Source: a virus (Duplodnaviria > Caudoviricetes). Taken from it: DNA of 26,008 bases. The translations under genes and the position numbers were made by a program. The notes under the pieces were generated by a model. That model saw nothing but the letters and a program-made list of their open reading frames with translations, was not told the DNA's origin and made no database searches. Below are positions 15,891 to 22,211 of the stretch, piece by piece. Location of the stretch: positions 1 through 26,008 of IMG/VR virus record IMGVR_UViG_3300044708_000102; one strand, given 5' to 3'. How positions within the stretch are numbered: position 1 is the first letter of the stretch; each line of letters opens with the position of its first letter.

Positions 15891-15966
15891 GGACGGAAGG
15901 GTGTCTGGAGACCCAGCGATTCTTATAAAGTCGCTCCTTAAGGTTCGATTCCTTGTCCGTTCACCA
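15891..15966 (+). tRNA. tRNA-Ile(TAT)
   Basis: Stem CGATT/AGTCG, loop CTTATAA, CCA. Confidence 0.8.
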
Positions 15967-15967
15967 T

Positions 15968-16043
15968 GCGCGTGTAGACCAATGGACGGTCAACTGTCTT
16001 CGAAACAGTTCATATGCAGGTTCAAGTCCTGTCACGCGCTCCA
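15968..16043 (+). tRNA. tRNA-Arg(TCG)
   Basis: Loop CTTCGAA, CCA. Confidence 0.9.
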
Positions 16044-16064
16044 TTTTTGTGGTACAAGTTTTAT

Positions 16065-16140
16065 TCCTCTCTAGCTCAATTGGAAGAGCCCCTAGCTGTT
16101 AACTAGGCATGTGTTCGTTCGAATCGGACGGGAGGAGCCA
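16065..16140 (+). tRNA. tRNA-Asn(GTT)
   Basis: Loop CTGTTAA, U1:A72, G73, CCA. Confidence 0.9.
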
Positions 16141-16144
16141 TTTC

Positions 16145-16215
16145 GCCGTTATTGCTCAGTGGCAGAGCCCTAGTCTTGTAAACTAGAGACACGTGTTCGA
16201 TTCACGTTAGCGGCC
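16145..16215 (+). tRNA. tRNA-Thr(TGT)
   Basis: Loop CTTGTAA; only CC follows before the next tRNA. Confidence 0.9.
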
Positions 16216-16217
16216 CC

Positions 16218-16291
16218 GCTGGTTTAGCTCAGTGGCAGAGCACACGGTTGGTATCCGTGAAACACGAGTTCGATTCTCGTATCCAGCCCCA
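16218..16291 (+). tRNA. tRNA-Thr(GGT)
   Basis: Loop TTGGTAT, CCA. Confidence 0.9.
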
Positions 16292-16297
16292 GTTTTA

Positions 16298-16372
16298 GGT
16301 CCGTTGGCCGAGAGGTTTAGGTGACAGCCTGATACGCTGTTTAGCGAGGTTCAATTCCTCGACGGATCACCA
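16298..16372 (+). tRNA. tRNA-Ile(GAT)
   Basis: Loop CTGATAC, CCA. Confidence 0.9.
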
Positions 16373-16376
16373 TTTC

Positions 16377-16453
16377 GGGTGGATGGCGTAGCGGCCAATC
16401 GCGGCGGTCTCTGAATCCGCTAATCAAAGGTTCGAATCCTTTTCCACCTTCCA
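16377..16453 (+). tRNA. tRNA-Gln(CTG)
   Basis: Loop CTCTGAA, CCA. Confidence 0.85.
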
Positions 16454-16457
16454 TTTC

Positions 16458-16533
16458 GCCAGTGAATGCAAAGGGTGGCGCGCTCGGTCCTTCAAACCGA
16501 AACTAGTCGGTTCAACTCCGATCACTGGCCCCA
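16458..16533 (+). tRNA. tRNA-Glu(TTC), atypical (C33)
   Basis: Stem TCGGT/ACCGA, loop CCTTCAA, CCA; amino-acid identity uncertain. Confidence 0.65.
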
Positions 16534-16538
16534 TTTTT

Positions 16539-16612
16539 GCCGGGTTCGTTTAGTGGAAAGACCGGAGTCTTTGAAGCTCCTTTCGGTGGTTCGATTCCAT
16601 CACCCGGTGCCA
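16539..16612 (+). tRNA. tRNA-Gln(TTG)
   Basis: Loop CTTTGAA, CCA. Confidence 0.9.
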
Positions 16613-16613
16613 T

Positions 16614-16688
16614 ATGGTCTTCGTTCAGCGGCCAGGACCTTCGTCTCCAAAACGAAAGACGCGAGTTCGATTCTCGCAGACCATGCCA
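16614..16688 (+). tRNA. tRNA-Trp(CCA)
   Basis: Loop CTCCAAA, G73, CCA. Confidence 0.9.
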
Positions 16689-16692
16689 TTTT

Positions 16693-16766
16693 GCTGCGTT
16701 CGTATAGTGGTATTACGTTGCCTTCGTAACGCAATCACGGCGGTTCGATTCCGCCACGTAGCTCCA
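16693..16766 (+). tRNA. tRNA-Thr(CGT)
   Basis: Loop TTCGTAA, CCA. Confidence 0.85.
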
Positions 16767-16774
16767 GATTTTGC

Positions 16775-16803
16775 TTGACAGGTTTTTGAGAAGTTGCTAT
16801 AGT
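16775..16803 (+). promoter_or_regulatory. internal sigma70-type promoter in tRNA array
   Basis: TTGACA-17-TATAGT with TG extension. Confidence 0.8.
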
Positions 16804-16813
16804 TAGTTTGTGA

Positions 16814-16890
16814 GCGCCTAACTCCCGAATGGTCTGGGTATCGGCCTTTTAAGCCGAACTGAGAGGGTTCGATTCCTTCTGGGCGCACCA
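16814..16890 (+). tRNA. tRNA-Lys(TTT)
   Basis: Loop CTTTTAA, CCA. Confidence 0.9.
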
Positions 16891-16896
16891 TTTTTA

Positions 16897-16973
16897 GTGC
16901 CCGTCTCCCAAATGGTTCGGGAACCAGACTCTTAATCTGGACTGTGAGCGTTCGACTCGCTCCGGGCACACCA
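16897..16973 (+). tRNA. tRNA-Lys(CTT)
   Basis: Loop CTCTTAA, CCA. Confidence 0.9.
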
Positions 16974-16977
16974 GTTC

Positions 16978-17051
16978 GCGAAGTTCGTAAAGTGGCATTA
17001 CCTGAGTCTTCCAAACTCAAGTCGCGGGTTCGATTCCCGCACTTCGCTCCA
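16978..17051 (+). tRNA. tRNA-Gly(TCC)
   Basis: Loop CTTCCAA, U73, CCA. Confidence 0.9.
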
Positions 17052-17056
17052 TAGTC

Positions 17057-17130
17057 GCGGATTTCGTATAGTGGAAGTACTAGAGCTTGCCAAGTTCTAG
17101 GCGCGAGTTCGATTCTCGCAATCCGCTCCA
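17057..17130 (+). tRNA. tRNA-Gly(GCC)
   Basis: Loop TTGCCAA, U73, CCA. Confidence 0.9.
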
Positions 17131-17187
17131 AGTTGTGCGTGAGTCAGAAGGATCGTGGGATATGCCGATCACACGCACTTTAGTTTT

Positions 17188-17261
17188 GCCGGGGTGACGG
17201 GGACCGTCAATCTTCTCCTACAAAGAAGACATTAAGCGTTCGAATCGCTTCTCCGGTACCA
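17188..17261 (+). tRNA. tRNA-Val(TAC), atypical (C33, odd D-arm)
   Basis: Stem CTTCT/AGAAG, loop CCTACAA, CCA. Confidence 0.7.
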
Positions 17262-17266
17262 AGTTC

Positions 17267-17341
17267 GGGGCGTTGGTCAAGAGGAATGACATCTGCCTGT
17301 CACGCAGAAAGCGCGGGATCATAGGCCCGCACGCCCCGCCA
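17267..17341 (+). tRNA. tRNA-Asp(GTC), aberrant T-loop
   Basis: Loop CTGTCAC, G73, CCA; T-loop ATCATAGG. Confidence 0.8.
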
Positions 17342-17346
17342 AGTTA

Positions 17347-17423
17347 GGGCTTGTGGTGTAACAGGACAAACACAGGACTCTCCTAAAGTCCAGAATCGGA
17401 TTCGAATTCCGACAGGCCCACCA
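17347..17423 (+). tRNA. tRNA-Arg(CCT)
   Basis: Stem GGACT/AGTCC, loop CTCCTAA, CCA. Confidence 0.85.
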
Positions 17424-17427
17424 TTTT

Positions 17428-17886
17428 ATGGCAGACTCGATACCTGCGAGGTTGAGACAAAAGGTCTTCGCTCGCGACAACAACCGATGTGTTGGATATA
17501 GCGGGCCTTGTGGCCGTGAAGAAGGTTTGACCGTAGACCATATCGTGGAGAAATCCAAGGGTGGTCCGACGGTGTTAGAAAACCTCCAGACACTTTGCAT
17601 ACCGTGTCACACGCATAAGAACATGGGGCGGCCCCATCCCGAGCCAGAACGTATTTTGAGTTCGTTTGAACGGATGCGGGCAAAGCATAAGTCTCGAACC
17701 CGCGTGCCCGCTGCCGTAAGGCGGAAACGCAAAGCGGCGGCCAGGGAGTGCGTTAAAGAAATCCCTGGATACAACCAGCCGCTATATCGTATTTTGGATT
17801 TTGAAGACGGACAACTTTTGCGGCGCGACCCGAATGCGATTTGGGCTATAGCGCCAAAATATTATGGTATGTCCGCAAGTGTTTAA
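17428..17886 (+). CDS. HNH endonuclease
   Basis: VFARDNNRC...LTVDHIVEKSKGG...ENLQTLCIPCHTHK. Confidence 0.9.
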   Translation: MADSIPARLRQKVFARDNNRCVGYSGPCGREEGLTVDHIVEKSKGGPTVLENLQTLCIPCHTHKNMGRPHPEPERILSSFERMRAKHKSRTRVPAAVRRKRKAAARECVKEIPGYNQPLYRILDFEDGQLLRRDPNAIWAIAPKYYGMSASV

Positions 17887-17890
17887 CTGA

Positions 17891-17964
17891 GGATCGTTGG
17901 TGTATTGGCGGCATTCGGCCTTGTGACGGCCACGGAGTCAGTTCGATTCTGACACGACCCTCCA
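17891..17964 (+). tRNA. tRNA-His(GTG)
   Basis: Loop TTGTGAC, CCA; A-1:U73 instead of G-1:C73. Confidence 0.8.
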
Positions 17965-17971
17965 TAATTTT

Positions 17972-18045
17972 GTGGGATTAGCGTAGTGGCAGCGCTTCTG
18001 ATTTGGGATCAGAAAGCGCCGGTTCGATTCCGGCATCCCGCACCA
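17972..18045 (+). tRNA. tRNA-Pro(TGG)
   Basis: Loop TTTGGGA, CCA. Confidence 0.9.
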
Positions 18046-18056
18046 TTTTTGAAAAG

Positions 18057-18461
18057 ATGACCGAAACCCACGAAAAAGAAATAATATCGTGTCTCAAGTT
18101 TGAGATGACCGCACAGAAACGTGGCGCTGTCGTTTCCAAGCCGACAACCGATTTCGTTAGATACGACTATATTGTCGATTGGAACGGGAAACTGTACCGC
18201 GTTCAGGTCAAGTATTGTGGCGCGAAGGACAGCAAAGCCACTCAGGGCGCTTGTCAGTTGCAGCTTAGAAAGCGAAAACGCGATAAGTATACCAAAGACG
18301 AGATTGATGCTCTTGTGGTGTATATGCCGCGAACGGACAAAGTGTACTGGTTTGGCCCAGAAGTGTTCGATGGGAAAACCAGTCTGTGTTTACGGTACGG
18401 GCCGACCAAGGACGTTCGAAACACGAACACGGCGCTCTTAGTAGAGAATTACGTATTTTAG
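18057..18461 (+). CDS. PD-(D/E)XK endonuclease (I-Ssp6803I / group I intron-associated family), free-standing
   Basis: VSKP...RYDYIVD...KLYRVQVK...YTKDEID; start moved to ATG 18057 after tRNA-Pro. Confidence 0.85.
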   Translation: MTETHEKEIISCLKFEMTAQKRGAVVSKPTTDFVRYDYIVDWNGKLYRVQVKYCGAKDSKATQGACQLQLRKRKRDKYTKDEIDALVVYMPRTDKVYWFGPEVFDGKTSLCLRYGPTKDVRNTNTALLVENYVF

Positions 18462-18465
18462 TTTT

Positions 18466-18542
18466 GCACGGCTGATGTAATTGGCAAACATGTTCGTTTC
18501 AAAAACGAATTTTTGTGAGTTCGACTCTCACGCCGTGTACCA
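18466..18542 (+). tRNA. tRNA-Leu(CAA), short variable loop
   Basis: Loop TTCAAAA, CCA. Confidence 0.85.
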
Positions 18543-18543
18543 T

Positions 18544-18629
18544 CCGTCGTATTCCCGATGGCCGGGTCGCTGGCTGTAACCCAGCACTTCTTTCGAAGAC
18601 AGGGCGTTCGATTCGCTCACGACGGACCA
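18544..18629 (+). tRNA. tRNA-Tyr(GTA)
   Basis: Loop CTGTAAC, long variable arm, C1:G72, CCA. Confidence 0.85.
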
Positions 18630-18634
18630 GATTT

Positions 18635-18719
18635 GCCGATGTGGTGGAGTGCATACACAGCAGTCTTAGAAACTGCCGTCCTAAAGGACATGCGAGTGCG
18701 AATCTCGCCATCGGCACCA
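18635..18719 (+). tRNA. tRNA-Leu(TAG)
   Basis: Loop CTTAGAA, long variable arm, CCA. Confidence 0.9.
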
Positions 18720-18725
18720 TGTTTT

Positions 18726-18802
18726 GCCCGCGTAGCCCAGTTGGCAGAGGCGTTCGCCTTAAGAGCGAAATAGGACGTGTTCGAATCACGTGGCGGGCAC
18801 CA
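18726..18802 (+). tRNA. tRNA-Leu(TAA), short variable loop
   Basis: Loop CTTAAGA, CCA. Confidence 0.85.
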
Positions 18803-18807
18803 AGTTC

Positions 18808-18896
18808 GGAGAGTATGTCTCAATGGCGAGACACTGGTCTTGAAAACCAGCGCACCTTAACAGGGCAGAGGCGTTCGATCCGTCTACTCTCCGCCA
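18808..18896 (+). tRNA. tRNA-Ser(TGA)
   Basis: Loop CTTGAAA, long variable arm, G73, CCA. Confidence 0.9.
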
Positions 18897-18901
18897 TTTT
18901 C

Positions 18902-18987
18902 GGAAGTGTAGCCTCAACGGTAAGGCACGACATTGCTAACGTCGCGGGCTTCGGCCTTTGCGTGTTCGAGTCACGCCACTTCCGCCA
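18902..18987 (+). tRNA. tRNA-Ser(GCT)
   Basis: Loop TTGCTAA, long variable arm, G73, CCA. Confidence 0.9.
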
Positions 18988-18991
18988 TTTC

Positions 18992-19065
18992 GCGCCGTAT
19001 CCGATTGCTTAGGGGTTCGCCTGCAAAGCGAATGTTGGAGAGTTGAATTCTCTCACGGCGCTCCA
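18992..19065 (+). tRNA. tRNA-Cys(GCA)
   Basis: Loop CTGCAAA, U73, CCA. Confidence 0.85.
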
Positions 19066-19071
19066 TTTTAA

Positions 19072-19223
19072 CGGTCATGTGCAAACCATAAGTCGTTCAC
19101 TGCGACTGGATAGCGGCCCCGGCGTTGCAGCCTCGCTATCTAAAATTCGACCCCCTTGCCAGTACTTACGCGCAGTCTCGGAGTGGGTGTCTGTTTACGA
19201 CACGGACAGAAATCTGGCGACCG
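19072..19223 (+). ncRNA. unknown structured RNA after last tRNA
   Basis: CGGTC/GACCG closure, four internal stems. Confidence 0.4.
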
Positions 19224-19233
19224 CTAAATTTTT

Positions 19234-19455
19234 ATGCTTGACTTTCTCAAATCAAAGCCAAAACCCGCCGAAGCAGAATCAGCTAGCGCACCGGAATATA
19301 CAACGGTAGCGCCGCTGCACGTTGGCTGGGTTGTGAACGGGCAAGCAGTGCCAGAGCTAGCGGGCCAAAAACCGCACGAAGTGCTCGCCAAATACAGCGC
19401 CGACAACTGGCCGCTGCACAGCGTTGACCAAGGCGTTTTGTATTTGATTCGGTAA
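19234..19455 (+). CDS. hypothetical protein
   Basis: 73 aa ORF. Confidence 0.6.
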   Translation: MLDFLKSKPKPAEAESASAPEYTTVAPLHVGWVVNGQAVPELAGQKPHEVLAKYSADNWPLHSVDQGVLYLIR

Positions 19456-19766
19456 TGCGGACTGACCGTAGGTGGCCGCGCAATTTGTGCTGGTGTATTT
19501 TATGCAGGCAAAGCGTTCCTAGTAAGAAAGAACTGAGACGCCGAACACGTAGGGTAGCGGCCCGAAATCTTTACCGCGAAGTCCATTCAAACGTACTCCA
19601 AAATTTTTGAGCGCCAGCTTAGTTTTTCCTTGCCCGCTCATTATTTCTCGTTAACTCAAAATCGCGATCTTACAATCGGATTTTAGTTTTTAGAGGCTCT
19701 GCTTAGGCAGCAGCCAGCGGCCTCCGGGCCGCCAACTCCAAACAAAGCAGAGGATAATAAATCACT

Positions 19767-20387
19767 ATGGCGTCAAACGCTAACGCTGTAACTCGTGTAT
19801 CATTCACCAAGTCTCCGATTCTTGCCACGGAAACTATTTTGTTGACCCCGCAGGCCGTGACCGCCGGCGCGACGACTCGCGCTAGTTCTCTCGTCGGATT
19901 GCCCGGCGATTTGCTCCAAGGCGGTGTGTGGGACGGCGTTCCGTTCCGTGTTTCCATTTACGGCAAGGCGTTCGCTAGCGCGTCAGAAAACTTGACGTTT
20001 GCCTGCTATTTGAACACTGCCGCAGGCGGAAACACCAACTTGACGACGTTTACCAACGACCTTAAGATCATCACTACAAGCACGATGGCCAGTGGTGGCG
20101 CGGCTTGGATTGGCTTCTACGACTCGTCCATCTGCATGTGGATTTCGACTGGTGCTACGGCCACGGGTAACACAACCGGGTCGTTCGTGTTCTTCCCTGA
20201 CCCGGGCGGATTGAAGGCAATTCCGACCACGTCAGCCGTCCTACAGGCGACTGCGGTCATCGGAAATAGCGGCACTCCGGTTGTTTCAACGCTGGCTAAC
20301 CTGCAACTGTATTGCACGGCTTTGACGGGCACGGCAGACTCCACGTCCATCGTGAATCTGAACCTGCAAATCGAATCGTTGATGTAA
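19767..20387 (+). CDS. Thr/Ala/Gly-rich protein, possibly virion structural
   Basis: 206 aa, GAGGA RBS, beta-rich low-charge composition. Confidence 0.75.
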   Translation: MASNANAVTRVSFTKSPILATETILLTPQAVTAGATTRASSLVGLPGDLLQGGVWDGVPFRVSIYGKAFASASENLTFACYLNTAAGGNTNLTTFTNDLKIITTSTMASGGAAWIGFYDSSICMWISTGATATGNTTGSFVFFPDPGGLKAIPTTSAVLQATAVIGNSGTPVVSTLANLQLYCTALTGTADSTSIVNLNLQIESLM

Positions 20388-20442
20388 TAATCGCGGACAC
20401 GGGCCGTCTACATGGCGGCCCGAACCGCTTAAAGGCTTAAAA

Positions 20443-20739
20443 ATGAGTTCACCGCTTTCCAAGAAAGAATCGAAAGACAAGAAGCGCAAGAAACATCGGC
20501 TGCACATTTCGATTAGGCCGACCGACGACGGAGGCTTCCGCGCCGACCATTCCCACGTGCCGCACCCCGACGACGAATCCCCAGTGCCGTCGCCCGAGGA
20601 ACACAACTTGCCCGACTCAGAATCTTTGGCCGATCACGTGCAGCAAGCCTACGCACCCCAAACGGACGAGCCAGAAGAAGGACAAGCCCCGCCAACGGGT
20701 CCTAGTCCGCAGCCGACCCCAGCACAAGGCCAAGTCTAG
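20443..20739 (+). CDS. hypothetical protein (basic N-terminus, His/acidic C-terminus)
   Basis: 98 aa ORF. Confidence 0.7.
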   Translation: MSSPLSKKESKDKKRKKHRLHISIRPTDDGGFRADHSHVPHPDDESPVPSPEEHNLPDSESLADHVQQAYAPQTDEPEEGQAPPTGPSPQPTPAQGQV

Positions 20740-20740
20740 G

Positions 20741-20769
20741 TTGACTTCGGCTGACATTCGTGGTACGAT
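20741..20769 (+). promoter_or_regulatory. sigma70-type promoter (leaderless)
   Basis: TTGACT-17-TACGAT, TG extension, ATG follows after a 6-nt gap. Confidence 0.7.
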
Positions 20770-20775
20770 ATCGAA

Positions 20776-21747
20776 ATGTCCATTCAACCAGACACGTACA
20801 CGGAGAAGTTAGCGCAGCAGTTAGCGGCCAAAGTCGTGGGACAAGACGCGGCTATTGAGCAAGTAGTAAATGCTATTGTTCGCTGGCGGGCCGGGCTCGC
20901 CGGAATCGACCGACCCGTAGCAGCGTTTCTGATGATGGGCCAAACCGGATGTGGCAAAACGCTTTTAGCCGAATCGTTGACCGAAGTCATGCACGGCGAC
21001 GCCCGCATGATGATTAAGATTCACTGCGCTGAATACAAGCACAGCCATGAATGCGCCCGACTGATTGGCGCGCCACCCGGATACATCGGACACAAAGAAA
21101 CGCAACCGAGGTTGAGCTCGCGCCGAATTCAGGAAGCGCAGACCAAGAACTGCCCGCTGGTCATAATCCTGCTGGACGAAATCGAAAAAGCCCATCCCGA
21201 TTTCTGGGATATTTTCTTGGGTATCCTAGACAAAGGCGAACTGCATTTGGGTGATGGCGGTTCGACGGATTTAAGACAATCCATAATTCTGATGAGTTCG
21301 AACGTCGGTGCTCGCGAAGCCTCGCAGTCGGCGGGCTTTCTGATTGATCGGAAAAAGACGGCGGCTAGTGCGGCTAAGAAGTTGTTTAGTCCCGAATTCC
21401 GCAACCGCTTAACAACCGAAATCGTATTTAACACTTTGTCCGCAGAGCAGCTTCGTGCTATTGCTGATCTTGAATTACAACGTTCAGCCGCACGTGTTCT
21501 GACGGCCAAAGGGGTCGCGGTTGAGTTCCAAAAGGACGTTACCGACTTAATTTTGAAAGACCTTGACCAAGACTTCGGTGCTCGGCCTATTCGGCGTGCT
21601 ATTGAAAACCTGATCGAACTTCCACTGGCAAAGCATTTGATTGACACACAGCTTATGCCGGGCGACACTGTCGAAATCGAAGTCAAGAACGGCGAAATAA
21701 AAATTTTCAGACAGCGACCAGCCAAGGCCGCGAAAGGATCAGCGTAG
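20776..21747 (+). CDS. stand-alone ClpA/ClpB D2-type AAA+ ATPase
   Basis: VVGQ, Walker A GQTGCGKT, pore loop GAPPGYIG, Walker B LLDEIEKAH, FSPEFRNRL, GARPIRR. Confidence 0.92.
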   Translation: MSIQPDTYTEKLAQQLAAKVVGQDAAIEQVVNAIVRWRAGLAGIDRPVAAFLMMGQTGCGKTLLAESLTEVMHGDARMMIKIHCAEYKHSHECARLIGAPPGYIGHKETQPRLSSRRIQEAQTKNCPLVIILLDEIEKAHPDFWDIFLGILDKGELHLGDGGSTDLRQSIILMSSNVGAREASQSAGFLIDRKKTAASAAKKLFSPEFRNRLTTEIVFNTLSAEQLRAIADLELQRSAARVLTAKGVAVEFQKDVTDLILKDLDQDFGARPIRRAIENLIELPLAKHLIDTQLMPGDTVEIEVKNGEIKIFRQRPAKAAKGSA

Positions 21748-21894
21748 ATGAGTTTTAAATCTGTCCAAGCTAAGATCGCAAAGAAGGAAGGCGTGTCCCG
21801 AAAATCCGCTGGCGCGATTCTCGCCAAGAGCACAAGGAACGCCAGCGCCGCAGCGAAGCGTAAGAATCCGAAACTGAAGCGCGTTAAGGGCTGA
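21748..21894 (+). CDS. small highly basic phage protein
   Basis: Not in ORF track; MSFKSVQAKIAKKEGVSRKSAGAILAKSTRNASAAAKRKNPKLKRVKG; AAAGGA RBS. Confidence 0.75.
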   Translation: MSFKSVQAKIAKKEGVSRKSAGAILAKSTRNASAAAKRKNPKLKRVKG

Positions 21895-21895
21895 A

Positions 21896-22150
21896 TTGTA
21901 CGAGCCTAAATCCATATATTGCGGACTAGTTCCGTACTACAAAGTGACGTTAGTACGAACACGAACCCAGCGGAAAACATTCAGCGTTTTTCAAGTTCAA
22001 GATGTTCCTTCTGCAATAGCCGAAGCCCAGAAAATGGCCGCCGACTCGGAAGAAGGCTGGAGTTCACCAGCCGATACGTTTAAAGCCACCGAGGCCACTC
22101 CCCGACAAACGGGAGACGACTGGGGCCAGTTCCCGAAGCAGTCTGTTTAA
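21896..22150 (+). CDS. hypothetical protein
   Basis: 84 aa; start uncertain; stop lies in an 18-bp palindrome. Confidence 0.55.
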   Translation: MYEPKSIYCGLVPYYKVTLVRTRTQRKTFSVFQVQDVPSAIAEAQKMAADSEEGWSSPADTFKATEATPRQTGDDWGQFPKQSV

Positions 22151-22211
22151 ACGTACTTAGTTTTTCGCCCGCCAGCAGTAAGACTTTCCTTGCCCGCTAT
22201 ACCCCCGCCAA

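Larger units (their letters stand above)
100..22199. repeat. dispersed GC-rich motif family GGGCCGCTA / GGCCCGCTA / TTGCCCGC
   Basis: About 35 exact GGGCCGCTA/TAGCGGCCC by eye plus many variants, densest in 1-8100. Confidence 0.9.

Noticed and set aside
16458-16533. Selenocysteine or opal suppressor tRNA(TCA)
   Set aside because: Best fold centres TTC; no long variable arm or extended acceptor stem
17347-17423. Amber suppressor tRNA (CTA within the loop) implying TAG recoding
   Set aside because: Perfect 5-bp stem centres CCT in a 7-nt loop, and TAG clearly terminates many genes here
15595-19012. ORFs overlapping the tRNA array (e.g. 16625-17131, 18515-19012)
   Set aside because: Chance open frames over clear tRNA cloverleaves
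17131-19223. HDV-like theta ribozymes after tRNAs
   Set aside because: Could not build the nested double pseudoknot by eye in the spacers examined
21129-21833. 234-aa antisense ORF
   Set aside because: Shadow frame of the ClpB-like ATPase with no independent motifs
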